A stretch of DNA of 64,000 nt, from NCBI RefSeq assembly GCF_009914755.1, contig NC_060934.1; one strand, written 5' to 3'. Below, piece after piece: positions 1 to 21,411 of the stretch. The DNA is from the human T2T-CHM13v2.0 reference genome, Homo sapiens. The position numbers and the translations under genes are program-made. The notes below the pieces were generated by a model. It made no database searches, was not told where the DNA came from, and saw only the letters and a list, made by a program, of their open reading frames with translations. Every line of letters starts with the position of its first letter. Position 1 is the stretch's first letter.

Positions 1-121
1 GTGCTCTCTTTGGCTATAATATAATCACTATGTGATTCATAATTAATTCTAATCAGTGAATACATATTGCTTTTATAGATGCCATGGCCCTTTCCAACTA
101 TGCATTGAAAATCCTAGGCTC

Positions 122-508
<387 letters not shown>

Positions 509-514
509 TTAAAT

Positions 515-538
515 ACACACACACACACACACACACAC
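515..538. repeat. (CA)n microsatellite
   Basis: about 12 CA units. Confidence 0.95.
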
Positions 539-897
539 TCTCACTGCCTGAGTCCTTTGAAAAACAGTGACTACAGTCCTAGGAAAACAAAAGCAAACAT
601 GTTGATCTACAGACACAAGTGAATCTGTATTGTAACATCTAGAAGAAATCAGCAAACATACCACGCAACTACTACTCAACAAACATTGAAGGAAGGTCTG
701 TGCCGTTCCTGGCCCAGGCTGGACCCTGGGTACAGAGATTAACCCCAGCTGGTCACTATCTCCAAGGAGAGAGCATCCCAGGGAAACTGCATTAGCTCAA
801 GTATTATCTCATTTAAGCCTCATAATACTGTGAGGTAGGGATTAAGATTCCACAGTTATCTGTGGGAAAGGTGAAACTCCCAGAAAGATTAGGTACT

Positions 898-1186
898 GAG
901 CCTGGCTTCCCGGGCATGTGACCCTATGCTCAAAAGGGAGAACTTGGCTCTGCTGTCACCATCTTAAAAATGTTTTATGAAATTTTTAATTTTTTGTAGA
1001 GATGAGGTCTTGCTATGTTGCCCAGGCTGCTCTTGAACTCCTGGCCTCAAGTGATCCTCCTACCTCGGCCTCCCAATGTGTTGAGATTGCAGGCGTGAGC
1101 CACTGGGCCCGGACTTAATAATTTTGAACAAGGGGCTTTGCATCTTCGTTTTGCACCGGGCCTCACAAACTGTATAGCTGGTTCTG
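898..1186 (+). mobile_element. MER91-like hAT-Tip100 MITE interrupted by an antisense Alu monomer
   Basis: GCTCTGCTGTCACCATCTT...TTAATAATTTTGAACAAGGGG...TTTTGCACCGGGCC matches MER91 as recalled and a second copy at ~4811-4982. Confidence 0.65.
983..1114 (-). mobile_element. FLAM/AluJ left monomer
   Basis: TTTTTGTAGAGATGAGGTCTTGCTATGTTGCCCAGGCT...GCGTGAGCCACTGGGCCCGG. Confidence 0.9.
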
Positions 1187-1644
1187 ATTACATTCATTTA
1201 GATTAAAAAGGCCGCATCCTTGCACCATAGAACACAAAGTGGTAAAGCCAAGCAGTCTTCATTATCAGCCCATGGAGTCACATAGGAACCAACATGAGTC
1301 TAAGAAGTCCCCTGGCCTCTCACTAGGCCACCGCCTTGCATGTACAGTGCTGAGTCCACCCATGGAATGTTAATTTTCCTATGCTGCAGCAGGGCAGGCC
1401 CGTGACATGCAGACCTCAGACACATCAGCAATGGTAACTAAGGCTGGAGTCATGCAGGCTACTGACTCAGTGGGGCCAGTAGTGAGGCCACGATGGGATT
1501 ACTGCTGAGAATGACCAAGCATGGGACAGAGATGGAATGGCAGCCTCCCGGGAGCTGCTGCACACGGAGGAAAGAGCTCCATTATCATAGGAAACGATTC
1601 GGCTCCAACCAGAATTAGCTTTATGGTCAAAAGCTCCTGAAATC

Positions 1645-2767
<1,123 letters not shown>

Positions 2768-3559
2768 GGTCCTGATATCATCTGCAGTTTTGGCACCTGC
2801 AAAATACCCTAATAACAGAGCTGACTGCAGTGAGTCTGTCTTCCTCAGGGGACTCTCTACTTAAAAAAAAAAGTGTCCATGCTTTTCCCTAAGTATCTAC
2901 AATTAGGGCCCCTGTTTATCTGGTCAGCTGGCCAGGGGAGCCCATGTCAGGGTTGATTAGATACCGTTCATCGTGCCTTTACTTGCCTCTGGAAAGCATC
3001 ATTATTTAATGTTGGTTGGAGTGGCCCTTGCATTTCACAGAAGAAGCCAAGGAGGCTGTGAGGCTGGGTCACTCCAGCAGGTAGGCTGGAGCCGAGGTTG
3101 AAACTGCAGGTCTCTGGGCTTCCCAGATTTTCCCTGGCTCGGCTGTTTTGCCTCCTACTGCTATCTGGGCTGTAGACAGGTGCGGGCACCTGGCCCCCTG
3201 GCCTGTGCATCTCTGGAATCTCTGGAGGCTTGTTCTCACATCTAATTTGTGCCAGGAAGAAATAAAGCAGTGGCTGGCCAGTTGACCTGACACACAGGGG
3301 CCCTTATTTGTAGATTTTTCAGGGAAGAGCATGGATGGTTTTTGTTTGTTTTTTTGTTTTTTAAGTACAGAGGTCCCCTGGGAGGACAAACTCACTGAAG
3401 TCAGGGAATTGACTGTTCATTTCAAGATGAAAGAAAAGTTGATTTGAAGAGTGCAATGCATGCTCACTCACAGGCCCACCACCTATGTGAACCATTTTTT
3501 CATATTGATCACAGTGTCATTAGCTGTTTTTTTTTTTTTTCACTGTATATACGTAGATA

Positions 3560-4200
3560 CTTTTTTCCCTGAACCATCTAAAGGTAAGTTGCAGACATCT
3601 TGGTGTTTCACTCCTTAACACTTCAGCATTTTTGTCTCTTAAGAAGAAAGACCTTTTACAAAACTCTAATATCTTTAGCCACGACTATGAAAATTAACAA
3701 TATGTATTAATGCCAGGGTTGTAAATTCAGTAATGTTCAGTGCGTGGTCAGCATACTGCGGCCAACCTGTGGACTATTTTTGCAGGTCAACAACAAGCTG
3801 AATTCTAAAACTGAGAGCAAGCTTTTAGAAACTTTTATAGCAATCTGACAGAGTACTTTTAGATCTGTTAAATCTAATAATAAAAAATCTGGGCTGGCAT
3901 TTTTTGTATTTTTCCACTTCTTCCTAATAAGTCACTATTCTTATGTTTTACAAAAGCATCACTCTGAGACACACTAGAAAACAAAAACAAAAACTGTTCC
4001 TTCATTATAGATAGTCTGCAGAGCCTCTGGCTAATCCTCGGACCATATTCAAACATCCCCAATTGTCCCAAAATGTCTTTTGTGGATTTCTTTCTCAGCC
4101 CAGTATCCAATTCAGGTTCACATGCAGCATTTGGTTTTCACAGGGTCTGCTGGCCTCCCTTAGCAAGCATTGGGCCATCTTCCTGCTTGTCTTTGGAACT
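3560..4200 (-). mobile_element. Old L1MC-like fragment with an inserted hAT-Charlie element (~3735-4030)
   Basis: CTGAACCAT..GTAAGTTGCAGACATC and CCATATTCAAA..CCAATTGTCCCA flank a Charlie-like TTTAGAAACTTTTATAGCAATCTGACAGAGTA core. Confidence 0.5.
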
Positions 4201-4810
4201 TGTGGGTGGGCCCATCTTAGAGCCAAGTAATTCAAGTACCAGGGACCTGGATCGGGGACAGGTCTGCAGTTCTCTGGGACTGTAGAAATTACTGTTCTTA
4301 AAGCTATAAAAGTGTATGCCCAGCGATCCGACAAATCATTTTCAAATTTCATATGAATGGTTTCTTGATGAAAGAAAATAATTATAACATATCTGGCATT
4401 TTGGCAGAATTATACTGAGTAAGGCAGGGGAACCTGTGTTCATGTTAAGTATCAGCCAAGCCAGAGATTTGTGCGGCTCTGCTGTTAGAGATGGTAATCA
4501 GGAAAACCATAACAACGTGTTTATGCAGCACTCAAATCTGGCTAAACTTCTTTGCGCAAGATTGAAAGTTGTCTGGTTTAGGCTCTAGGTAGTTCTCAGC
4601 TGTGGAGTGGTAGTCCGAGTATGGATTTAGGGACTCCTCAGCGAGGAAGTAATATGCATTTGTCTAAATTCATTCCCCCTGAAGTGGACTAATTAGTGTG
4701 ATTGTTATAAGGCACGGTACAAATAACTACCATTTATTTTGTGTGTAAAGCATTCCACATGATGCTTGGCACATGGAACGTGCTTAGAGCAGACGCCCCT
4801 GAGCTCACAC

Positions 4811-4982
4811 CCAGGGCTTTGTGAGTTGCAATCTGTGCAGCTGCACAGGACCCTACCCTTAGAAGAGCCCTGTGCTCTTCAGCTCTGCAGCTGACATCTT
4901 GAAATTCTTAATAATTTTGCACAAGAGGCCCTCCCTGCGTTTTCATTTTGCACTGGGCCCTGAGGATCATGTAGCCAGTCCC
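4811..4982 (+). mobile_element. MER91-like hAT MITE
   Basis: CATCTTGAAATTCTTAATAATTTTGCACAAGAGGCCC...TTTCATTTTGCACTGGGCCC. Confidence 0.7.
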
Positions 4983-5027
4983 ATCCCCACCAAATCTCTC
5001 TGACCCATCTCTGATTTTAGCAGCAGA

Positions 5028-5440
5028 TGTGGTGAATGGTCGGGTGCAAGCTCAGACTCCCCTCCTACCAACAGCAAACACCTTCAGCACGGGCAGCACA
5101 ACTTTCCGCATTCTGCTCCTGAGCCTTCTCCAACACTGCACTGAAATAGAGTCCCGAAGTGTGGGGAGATAGGTGGTGGTGGGGAACCCCACAAGCAGAT
5201 GTCATTGGTGGGGGCAGGAGCTGGTGGGTAAATGCCGTGGGCTCCTGCTCTTTGGAAAGACAGTTCTGGGATGTATTCTGGACACTTCTCAGAGCTCCCA
5301 GCATAACAAAGCCCTAGATGCTCACAGTCACCTGCCTATACCCACCACTCCTGCTTCCTGGGATCGCCTCCTACATAAACCACCTGCACCCAAGATGTTC
5401 CTTGTCTGCTTCTGCTTTGGGGGGATTCCATGCTAAGACA
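5028..5440 (+). mobile_element. LTR16-like ERVL solo LTR
   Basis: TG...CA ends; 3' motif CCTGGGATCGCCTCC..ATAAACCACCTGCACCCAA..CTTGTCT..CTAAGACA. Confidence 0.6.
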
Positions 5441-5695
5441 GTCACAGTGGTGGGTGTTCGATGAATATGTGCTGGACAAATCAGTGAACCTTAGGATATA
5501 GTGAGCCTTAGCTCATAGGATTATTGACAGGAGCCAATGAGATAAATTATGTAAACATCCGATTCAGAGCCTGGCACATGGCAGGAGCCCCGTATGTGGT
5601 TGCCGGTGTTGGTGTAACTTCCCATCTCACCTATCCAGAGTTTTCCCTGCAGCAGAAATGGACGTGAAATGCAAGATCAAGTATGACAGGGACAG

Positions 5696-6416
<721 letters not shown>

Positions 6417-7187
6417 GATGGAAAGTGGAATTTATTTAAAATAAAATGCGTAACAACCAGGGCTTGATTTTCCTTGGATAAACTGGCAGAATGAGCAAAG
6501 GATAATTTGTACCTCTGGGATCAGTTCACATGTCACCCTAAATGGCATTTACACTATTATGTCATTATAAAGAACGTCTTGGGTGGATTGCAGCCATGTT
6601 TTGACATAGCTGTTTGTAAGTGTGCTGAGAATTTAACGTCTGATATAAGCCATAATCCCAACTGGGCTTTTCCCACAGAGTTATTTATAAGTAGCCTCAG
6701 ATGTTAATTATTAATACATATAAAATATTTATTAAGCACTTAATTTATGCCAGTCTCCTATGCCAGGCACTAGAGAAACAAAGAAGAATCAGGCACAGGC
6801 TTTGCCCTCAAAGAGCTCCTGGTCTGCCAGGCAATGGTATCTAAGTTTTACAAATTCACTCAAGAGCATTTACTGAATGGCCACTGCACGCATAGCACGA
6901 ACCAGCTTCTGAGGTCGTCGCTCCTCCTGTGTCTGCAATCCAATGGGGCTGCCCAGGGAACTTTCTAGGCAAAATACAAACATGAGTGCCACTGCTGAGA
7001 AGCTCTGTTGTGTGTTCAGACTGGAAGCTGGGTTCTTTTCTTGACTGTGCCTTTTTTCTGACCATGTGGTTTGGGATAGGTCACACCCCTCTCTGGGCCT
7101 CCTTTTCTTCCTCTAAAAATGAGCAAATATAATGAGATCATGCCAAAGGGCTTCTCAATTCTTACGTCATCATCGCAGTCAGTGTAG

Positions 7188-7903
<716 letters not shown>

Positions 7904-7979
7904 ATGATACCCATTTTACAGACTGAGAAACTAAGGCATAGGGTGATTGAGTCCATTCCAATAGGTCACAGGGAATTAA

Positions 7980-9064
<1,085 letters not shown>

Positions 9065-9449
9065 CAAGAGAACTTTTAAAGACAGCAGCAATCCACCAGG
9101 TGAGTATAGGGAGGGAAGCTTTATAAATCCTGAGCTGGCAGAGAATAGCAGCCAATTCTTTAACCAATTTCCTTTTGCTGTCCCACAGCATGACTGAAAC
9201 AAGTTCCACATAGAGCATGCCTCCTCCTTCAGCAGCGGGTCTCCTCCTGAGCTTCCTTTTACCTAATGGACACCACGGATCTGCTTCCAAGCAGATTTCC
9301 CTCTCTGTGCTAATTGGTAGGAAGCACATACCCCAAATCTGAACTCACTCTAGCAGCTGCAGAATACCTTATAGAACACATTTTACATGCTGTCACTAAT
9401 CCCCGGCTTCACTGCATTTACACATTCTTATTTTCCGTTTACTCTGACG

Positions 9450-9735
9450 TGCCAGACGTCTTCATTTGTCCTCCAGATCTACCCTACGTCGTTTCCCACT
9501 CTACTCTCTGTCCTGGAAGGCTGAACTGTGTAGACAACACCAACCGCTCACCCACTGGCTTTCAGTTGGGTCTGGACAATGGGGAACCACAGTGGATTAG
9601 AAAGAAGGAGGAAGCGGAGGTCAGTGTTTTGATTTCCCTGTCTCCCCGCCTTCTCTCCCTCCTCCCACCATCCCCACCAGGTTGCCTGGGGCTGCCTGTG
9701 TCTTTCCACCAAAGGTCATGCTACCCCCTGCCCAT
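9450..9735 (+). mobile_element. LTR33-like ERVL fragment
   Basis: CTCTGTCCTGGAAGGCTGAACTGTGTAGAC..TGGCTTTCAGTTGGGTCTGG.CAATGGGGA; resembles the copy at ~39670. Confidence 0.55.
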
Positions 9736-9760
9736 GCTTTTTTTTATGAAAAAGGATATT

Positions 9761-10152
9761 GAGACCAGCCTGGCCAACATGGCAAAACCCCCTCTCTACT
9801 AAAAATACAAAAATTAGCCGGCCACAGTGGTGGGTGCCTGTTAATCACAGCTATTTGGGAGGCTGAGGTGGAGAATTGCTTGAACCCAGGAGGTGGAGGT
9901 TGCAATGAGCCAAGATAGTACCACTGCACTCCAGCCTGGGTTATAGGGTGAGACCTTGTCTCAAAACAAAAAAAACAAAAACAAAACAAAACAAAACAAC
10001 AACAAGAGCCTGTTGCCCAGGCTGGAATACAGTGGCAATATTCACAGGTGCAATCATAGCTCACTCTAGCCTCAAATTCCTGGACTCAAGCAGTCCTCCT
10101 GCCTCAGCCTCCTGAGTAGCTGGGATGACAGGAACATGCCACAACGCTGGGC
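9761..10152. mobile_element. 5'-truncated sense Alu (9761-10004) abutting an antisense right-arm Alu (10008-10152)
   Basis: Starts at GAGACCAGCCTGGCC; (CAAAA)n tail; then CTGTTGCCCAGGCTGGAATACAGTGG. Confidence 0.9.
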
Positions 10153-11267
10153 TGTGGTTCACATACATTTTCATGATGAGCGAGGGCAGAAATAATTACA
10201 TGATTGGTTTGCTGATAACATGACATTTGGGCTGTGGCTCTTTCTTATGGCTCTTGCCTTTTACCAAGTCGTTAGATGGTTTTAAGAATCCCAGGGGATC
10301 TTGCCGGCTCCAAACCTGCTGCTTCTGGAAACACCTGTCAGGGAAGTCTGGTCCTCAGCTACACTTTGAAAGTGGCTGCATTCACTTCATCCATGAAGTG
10401 AACATGGAGGAAATGCCTAGTGAATTGCTGGACTGAAAAGCGGTCATAACTTTTCAGCTCACATGAACACACACTTGGGAAATGTGTGAAACCCTAATTT
10501 TAAAAAGAGGCTCCTTGGGAGAAACATTAGTAGCTGACACAGAGCCATTTTCTGGCTTTCACCTTGTCACCACTGGTGGCTGGGAACAGACTGTCCAGCC
10601 TCTGCCTACTCATGAGGATTCTCAAAAGAGTTTTCAATATATTCCATTTGTTAACAAGGAATCGCGCTACTAAAAAAAAAAAAAGAATAACATTTGCAAA
10701 TAACCTCCTATTACTTAAGGCTTTGATTTTTACTGTATTATGGAAGAATTGGCAAGAACAGCAGCGTAAGACAATGGACCCCATAGTAGAGACCCATGAA
10801 TAACAAGGCAAGGTTTTCTTAAGCCTGTCACTCAAACCCAAGGGCTTCTTTCTGGAGCAATCTTTGATGTGAATGCCCAAAATGCCCCAAATTCAACGGC
10901 CGTTTAAATCTTAATGATAAAACTCAGGAGCAATACAAGTGTTTAAAACAGGAAAGGGATACTGAAAGCTCTCCAAAACAAAGACTAGGATTCCAGTGTC
11001 GCTGGTCATAGAAGAAAATTGAGGTCAGCAACGTCCGGCTCAGAGACATTTTATCTTCAAAGATAGTGTCCAGCTGCTACTGTTACAAGGCAAATGTGAA
11101 CAGCTTGCTTAATATTTCATCGACATTATTTGCAGAAAGTTAAAAACTTGACAGACACACGATGTTGACTAGAAGCAAGGAGAATCGTCCTCACATTCTT
11201 GGTGGGAATTTCAACTGGCCCAATATTTCTGGAGGAAGGTTTGGCAATATGTGTTAAAAGTCTCAAA

Positions 11268-12253
11268 AATGGCCAAGGACTATCTGAAAAGATGCTCAAC
11301 ATCACTGACGATTAGAGAAATGGAAATTAAATCACAATGAGATATCGCATCACACCCATTAGCATGGCTGCTGTCAAAAGAACAGAAAACAAGTATTGCT
11401 GAGGAATGCAGAGAAATTGGAGCCCTTATGCACCGTTGGTGAGAATGTAAGATGGCGCAGTTGCTATGGAACCAGTATGGAGGTTCCTCAAAAAATTAAA
11501 AATAGAACTACCTTATGATCCGGCAATCCTGCTTCTGGGCGTATATCTACAATAATTCAAAGCAGACTCTCAAAGAGATATTTGCACATCCATGTTCACT
11601 GCAGCATTATGCACAATAGCCAAGAGGTGGAAACAACCTTAATGTCCATTGACAAATGAATAAAGAAAACGTGGTATATACATACAATGGAATAGTATGC
11701 AGCTTTAAAAAAGAAGGAAATTGTATCATTTGCAACAACATGGATGGACCTGGAAGACATTATGCTAAGTGAAATAAGTCAGCCACAGAAGGACAAATAC
11801 TGCATGATTCCACTTACATAAGGTATCTAAAATAGTTGAACTGATATAAGCAGCAAATAGAATGGTAATTGCAAGGAGATGGGGTAGGGAGAAACGAGCT
11901 GTTCAATGGGTATAAAGTTACAGTTATACAAGGCGAATAGGTTCTAGAGACCTGCTGTACAACATAGCACTCATATTTTTATAATTAACAATACATGCAC
12001 TTACAAATTTGCTAAGGGGGGAAAGATCTCATGTTAAGTATTCTTATCACCAAAACCAACCAAACAAAAAACACCAAAAAACAAAACAAAAAAAAGGATG
12101 AGATTTTTGGAGATGATGGATATGTTTATTACCTTGATTGTGGTGAAAGTATCACGGGTGTATGTGTATGTCCAGACTCACCCAATTGTGTACATTAAGT
12201 ACCGCGCAGTTGTTCTCTATATCAATTATTTGTCAATACACCTGTTAAAAAAG
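11268..12253 (+). mobile_element. L1MB-type ORF2 3' end and 3'UTR fragment
   Basis: GATGCTCAACATCACT..GAAATGGAAATTAAA..CACAATGAGATATC; ATAGAACTACCTTATGATCCGGCAATCC; TTATGCTAAGTGAAATAAG. Confidence 0.85.
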
Positions 12254-12312
12254 AATATTTAATGGCATTGTAATATGGTCATGACATACTATTATGTTAA
12301 AAAGACACTTTA

Positions 12313-12605
<293 letters not shown>

Positions 12606-14236
12606 GACACTTTAGAACTTAGAATTATACTGTGATTCTAATTTTGCAATAATTCAGGCATGTATGCATAGAACAAACGCTAGAAAATAGATATCAAGAT
12701 ACTACATGAACAAGGGGACACCTTTGGGCATAAGGATTAGAGCTGACTTTTATGTATTTTTGTGTGTCTCTATTATCTAAGACAAACGTGTACCACTTCT
12801 GCAATCAGAATTAAGCAATTTTTCAAAAAAGAATAGGAATGAATTCCTGAAAGGACTACATCATGCTCTGGGAGGTGAGATTGGGAGAGTTGAGAAATGG
12901 CTTCCATTTTCTACCTTACAGACTTTTAAAAGTATGTATCACTTTTACGAACAAAAAAGAAGAATGAAGTAAAAGCAAGGTGCAGTCACTGTCAAATTCT
13001 TTTCAAAGCCAAAGCCAAACCCACCAGATGTCTTTTCAGGGCCAAAGTATAAAAGGCAGTAAATAGGAAAAGCACCTGCCAACCACACAGGCCTAGAAAG
13101 CCTTCGTGTTTGGAGCTGTCCATAAGTTCCAGGGTGTTGGATGGTGCCACCCCACGCGCAGAGGCATGGGAGGTGATGTGAGAGCTGGAGCAGGCAGAGG
13201 CCTGGAAAGTCTGCCCTCTGGGGATCGGGGACCAGGGAGAGGAACTCCCCCCAACCCTGAGAGAATGTGCCTGGTGTCTCAGACTGAAGAGGGCAACGTA
13301 ATTGGGTGGGGGGACTCTCGTACAATTGGGTTCAACTGTCCATTTTCAGCATCTAAACTTCATTCAGTAGCAAAGAATGCAGGATGATGTTGCTGTTTTG
13401 ACAAAGAGGTGTTTGGGATTTGGAGCGCTGCCCAAGGGCACGGAGGAAGCTTTTTGTATTATCCGCTGACAACTGCATTGTGGACATGCTGGAAGGGGAG
13501 TTTGTTCACTGCACAAACACGCAGTCACACCCAGCTTCGCCTATAATGGAACCAACAGTTGTGAGCCCATTAAAGACATGGCAGGAACTTCAGGCTCTGG
13601 CAGAATTTGCTGCAGTCATTTTGAAAGGAATCTTGGACACTGAGGGGTCTGTTTTCAACTGTCTAGGGATTTAATTTGCTTCATCAAGTTGATTGTGTGA
13701 TTTTTTAAATGGGTCTCCATTCTTAAGGCAAATTTGAGTATTTTTATCTCGCTTTTCATTGAGTATTATGACATAGGCATATTTTTCACGTTAATAGAAA
13801 TTCTTCAAAAACCTCCAAAATGGCATACAATATCCAATCCTGTGGCTGGGCCATACATGATCCCTTTGGTTGGCCATTGAGGTTGTTGGCAAGTTTATTA
13901 ATATTAATACTGCTGCAATTCATATTTTTGTGCCATTAAACTTTGTTTGCCTTTCAGATTGTTTCCTTAGGACTGATTCCAAGTGAAACCACTAGGTCAA
14001 AGGCATACACATTTTTTTTTTAATTTTTTTAAATTATACTTTAAGTTCTAGGGTACATGTGCACAACGTGCAGGTTTGATACATAGCTATATATCTACCA
14101 TGTTGGTTTGCTGCACCCATCAACTCATCATTTACATTAGGTATATCTCCTAATGCTATCCCTCCCCCAGCCCCCCACCCCATGACAGGCCCCGGTGTGT
14201 GATGTTCCCCACCCTGTGTCCAAGTGTTCTCATTGT

Positions 14237-18023
<3,787 letters not shown>

Positions 18024-18086
18024 TGTGATGCTAGCTGGGTATTTTGCCTGTTAATTTATGCAGTTTCTTCACAGCATTGATGGTCT

Positions 18087-19115
18087 TTACAATTTGGCAT
18101 GTTCTTGCAGTGACTGGTACCGGTTGATTCTTTCCATGTTTAGTGCTTCCTTCAGGAGCTCTTGTAAGGCAGGCCTGGTGGTGACAAACTCTCTCAGCAT
18201 TTGCTTGCCTATAAAGGATTTTATTTCTCCTTCACTTATGAAGCTTAGTTTGGCTGGATATGAAATTCTGGGTTGAAAATTCTTTTCTTTAAGAATGTTG
18301 AGTATTGGCCTCCACTCTCTTCTGGCTTGTAGGGTTTCTGCCAAGAGGTCTGCTGTTAGTCTGATGGGCTTCCCTTTGTGGGTAACCTGACCTTTCTCTC
18401 TGGCTGCCCTTAACATTTTTTCCTTCATTTCAACCTTGGTGAATCTCACAATTATGTGTCTTGGGATTGCTCTTTTTGAGGAGTATCTTTGTGATGTTCT
18501 CTGTATTTCCTGAATTTGAATGTTGGCCTGCCTTGCTAGGTTGGGGAAGTTCTCCTGGTTAATATTCTGAAGAGTGTTTTCTAACTTGGTTCCATTCTCC
18601 CCATCACTTTCAGGTACACCTATCAAACATAGATTTGGTCTTTTCACATAGTCCCATATTTCTGGGAGGCTTTGTTCATTTCTTTTTACTCTTTTTTCTC
18701 TAACCTTATCTTCTTGCTTTATTTCATTAATTTGATCTTCAATCACTGATACCCTTTCTTCCACTTGATGATCAAATTGGCTATTGAAGCTTGTGCATGT
18801 GTCACAAAGTTCTCATGCCATGGTTTTCAGCTCCATCAGGTCTTTTAAGGTCTTCTCTACACTGCTTATTCTAGTTAGCCATTCGTCTAACCTTTTTTCA
18901 AGGTTTTTAGCTTCCTTGCGATGGGTTTGAACATGCTCCTTCAGCTTGGAGAAGTTTGTTATTACTGACCTTCTGAAGCCTACTTCTGTCAACTCGTCAA
19001 AGTCATTCTCCATCCAGCTTTGTTCCATTGCTGGCGAGGAGCTGTGATCCTTTGGAGGAGAAGAGGTGCTCTGGTTTTTAGACTTTTCCGCTTTTCTATT
19101 CTGGTTTCTCCCCAT
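18087..19115 (-). pseudogene. L1 ORF1p with one in-frame nonsense codon (18813-18815)
   Basis: Fragments MGRNQNRKAE... and ...EIWDYVKRPNL...ARREW...YPAKLSF are in the same frame; the 16 linking codons are open. Confidence 0.93.
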
Positions 19116-19714
19116 CTTTGTGGTTTTATCTACCTTTGGTCTTTGATGTTGGTGACCTACAGATGGGGTTTTGGTGTAGATGTCCTTTTTAGTGATGTTG
19201 ATGCTATTCCTTTTTATTTGTTAGTTTTCCTTCTAACAGTCAGGTCCCTCAGCTGCAGGTCTGTTGGAGTTTGTTGTAGGCCCACTCCAGACGCTGTTTG
19301 CCTGGGTATCACCCGCGGAGGCTGTAGAACAGCAAATATTGCAGAACAGCAAATATTACTGCCTGATACTCCTTCTGGAAGCTTAGTTCCAGAGGGGCAC
19401 CCGCCTATATGAGGTGTCTGTTGGACCCTACTGGAAGGTGTCTCCCAGTTAGGCTACACGAGGGTCAGGGACCCACTTGAGGAGGCAGTCTGTCTGTTCT
19501 CAGAGCTCAAACACCATGCTGGGAGAACCACTGCTCTCTTCAGAGCTGTCAGACAGGGACGTTTAAGTCTGCAGAAGCTGTCTGCTGCCCTTTGTTCAGC
19601 TACAGACTGCTCACAGAGGTGGAGTCTATAGAGGCAGAGGCCTTGCTGAGCTGTAGTAGGCTCTGCCCAGTTCGAACTTCCTGGCCAGTTTGTTTACCTA
19701 CTCAAGCCTCAGCA

Positions 19715-20047
19715 ATGGTGGATGCCCCTTCCCAACCCAGGCTGCTGCCTCACAGTTCGATGTCAGACTGCTGTGCTAGCAGTGAGCAAGGCTCTGTGGG
19801 TGTAGGACCCACCGAGCCAGGCACGGGAGAGAATCTGCTTGTCTGCTGGTTGCTAAGACCTTGGGAAAAGTACAGTATTTGGGCGGGAGTGTCCCATTTT
19901 TCCACGTACAGTCTGTCATGGCTTCCCTTGGTTAGGAAAGGGAAATCCCCCAACCCCTTGTGCTTCCCAGGTGAGCTGATGCCCCGCCCTGCTTCAGCTC
20001 ACCCTCAGTGGGCTGCACCCACTGTCCAACCAGTCCCAGTGAGATGA
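19715..20047 (+). CDS. L1 antisense ORF0 homologue, 110 aa (putative; expression unknown)
   Basis: GCAATGG Kozak context; MVDAPSQPRLLPHSSMSDCCASSEQGSVGVGPTEPG aligns with recalled ORF0 MVGAPPPASLPPCSLISDCCASNQRDSVGVGPSEPG. Confidence 0.5.
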   Translation: MVDAPSQPRLLPHSSMSDCCASSEQGSVGVGPTEPGTGENLLVCWLLRPWEKYSIWAGVSHFSTYSLSWLPLVRKGKSPNPLCFPGELMPRPASAHPQWAAPTVQPVPVR

Positions 20048-20389
20048 ACCAGGTACCTCAGTTGGAAATGCACAAATCACCTGTCTTCTGCGTTGATCAC
20101 GCTGGGAGCTGCAGACCGGAGTTGTTTCTATTCTGCCATCTTGGAACGGAAAAAGCATGCACATTTTTTAGTGTTTTGTTTTGGGATTCTTTTTGATCAA
20201 ATTTTATTTCATGTTGCTAAGGCTATATTTTTCTCTTCTTTTTTTCCAGATAAAATAGATTTGCCCCCAATTATAAAAGAAATACTTACTCAATGTAAAT
20301 AATTTAGGTAAGAAAAAGAAAATTACCGGGCACATTCACTACATATAACTACTGCTAACATTTTTCCTTCCAGACTTTTTCCTATATGC

Positions 20390-20391
<2 letters not shown>

Positions 20392-20431
<40 letters not shown>
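20392..20431. repeat. (CA)n microsatellite, about 20 units
   Basis: Uninterrupted AC run. Confidence 0.97.
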
Positions 20432-20435
<4 letters not shown>

Positions 20436-21016
20436 TTCTAACTTACTTCCCTTAACGTATCATGAGTGTCTTCCTAATAATTTAATAGAGGACCAGATCT
20501 TTTTATTTGGCTGCACAGCATGCCATGGTATGGAGATATACTTCATGAAAAACCAAGTTTAGACATTTTTAAGGTTCTTCACTCATTTTACCAAAACACT
20601 TTCTAACAGCTTAGATCAATAATCCTCACTCCCACAATCAATGTGTGATGATTCTTCTCAAGACCAATGACAACCATTTGCAGTGCCTGACTTTTTGTAC
20701 CAAGACATTTTTAGCAAAGCATAATGGCAAGGATCTTGACCAGTAAATTTGATAGTTTAGTCCGTTTTCATGAAAGAATGGGAAATAATCATGGCAGCTT
20801 ACCCATCATGGAAGCCAGATTAGTTCTGAAATATATGTTGGGAGGGTGTTGGAGAAGGGAGCCTAGAGAACTGTGGCTTCCCTAAATATAATTATGGTCA
20901 CCTATGGCTATGTCTCTGAATTCAGATGGGGGTTTATTTACTGTAATGTACAATATCTTTGGGGAACATTGCATACAGATACTAGCTATTAACTCAATCT
21001 AAGAATCACATTTCTT

Positions 21017-21411
<395 letters not shown>

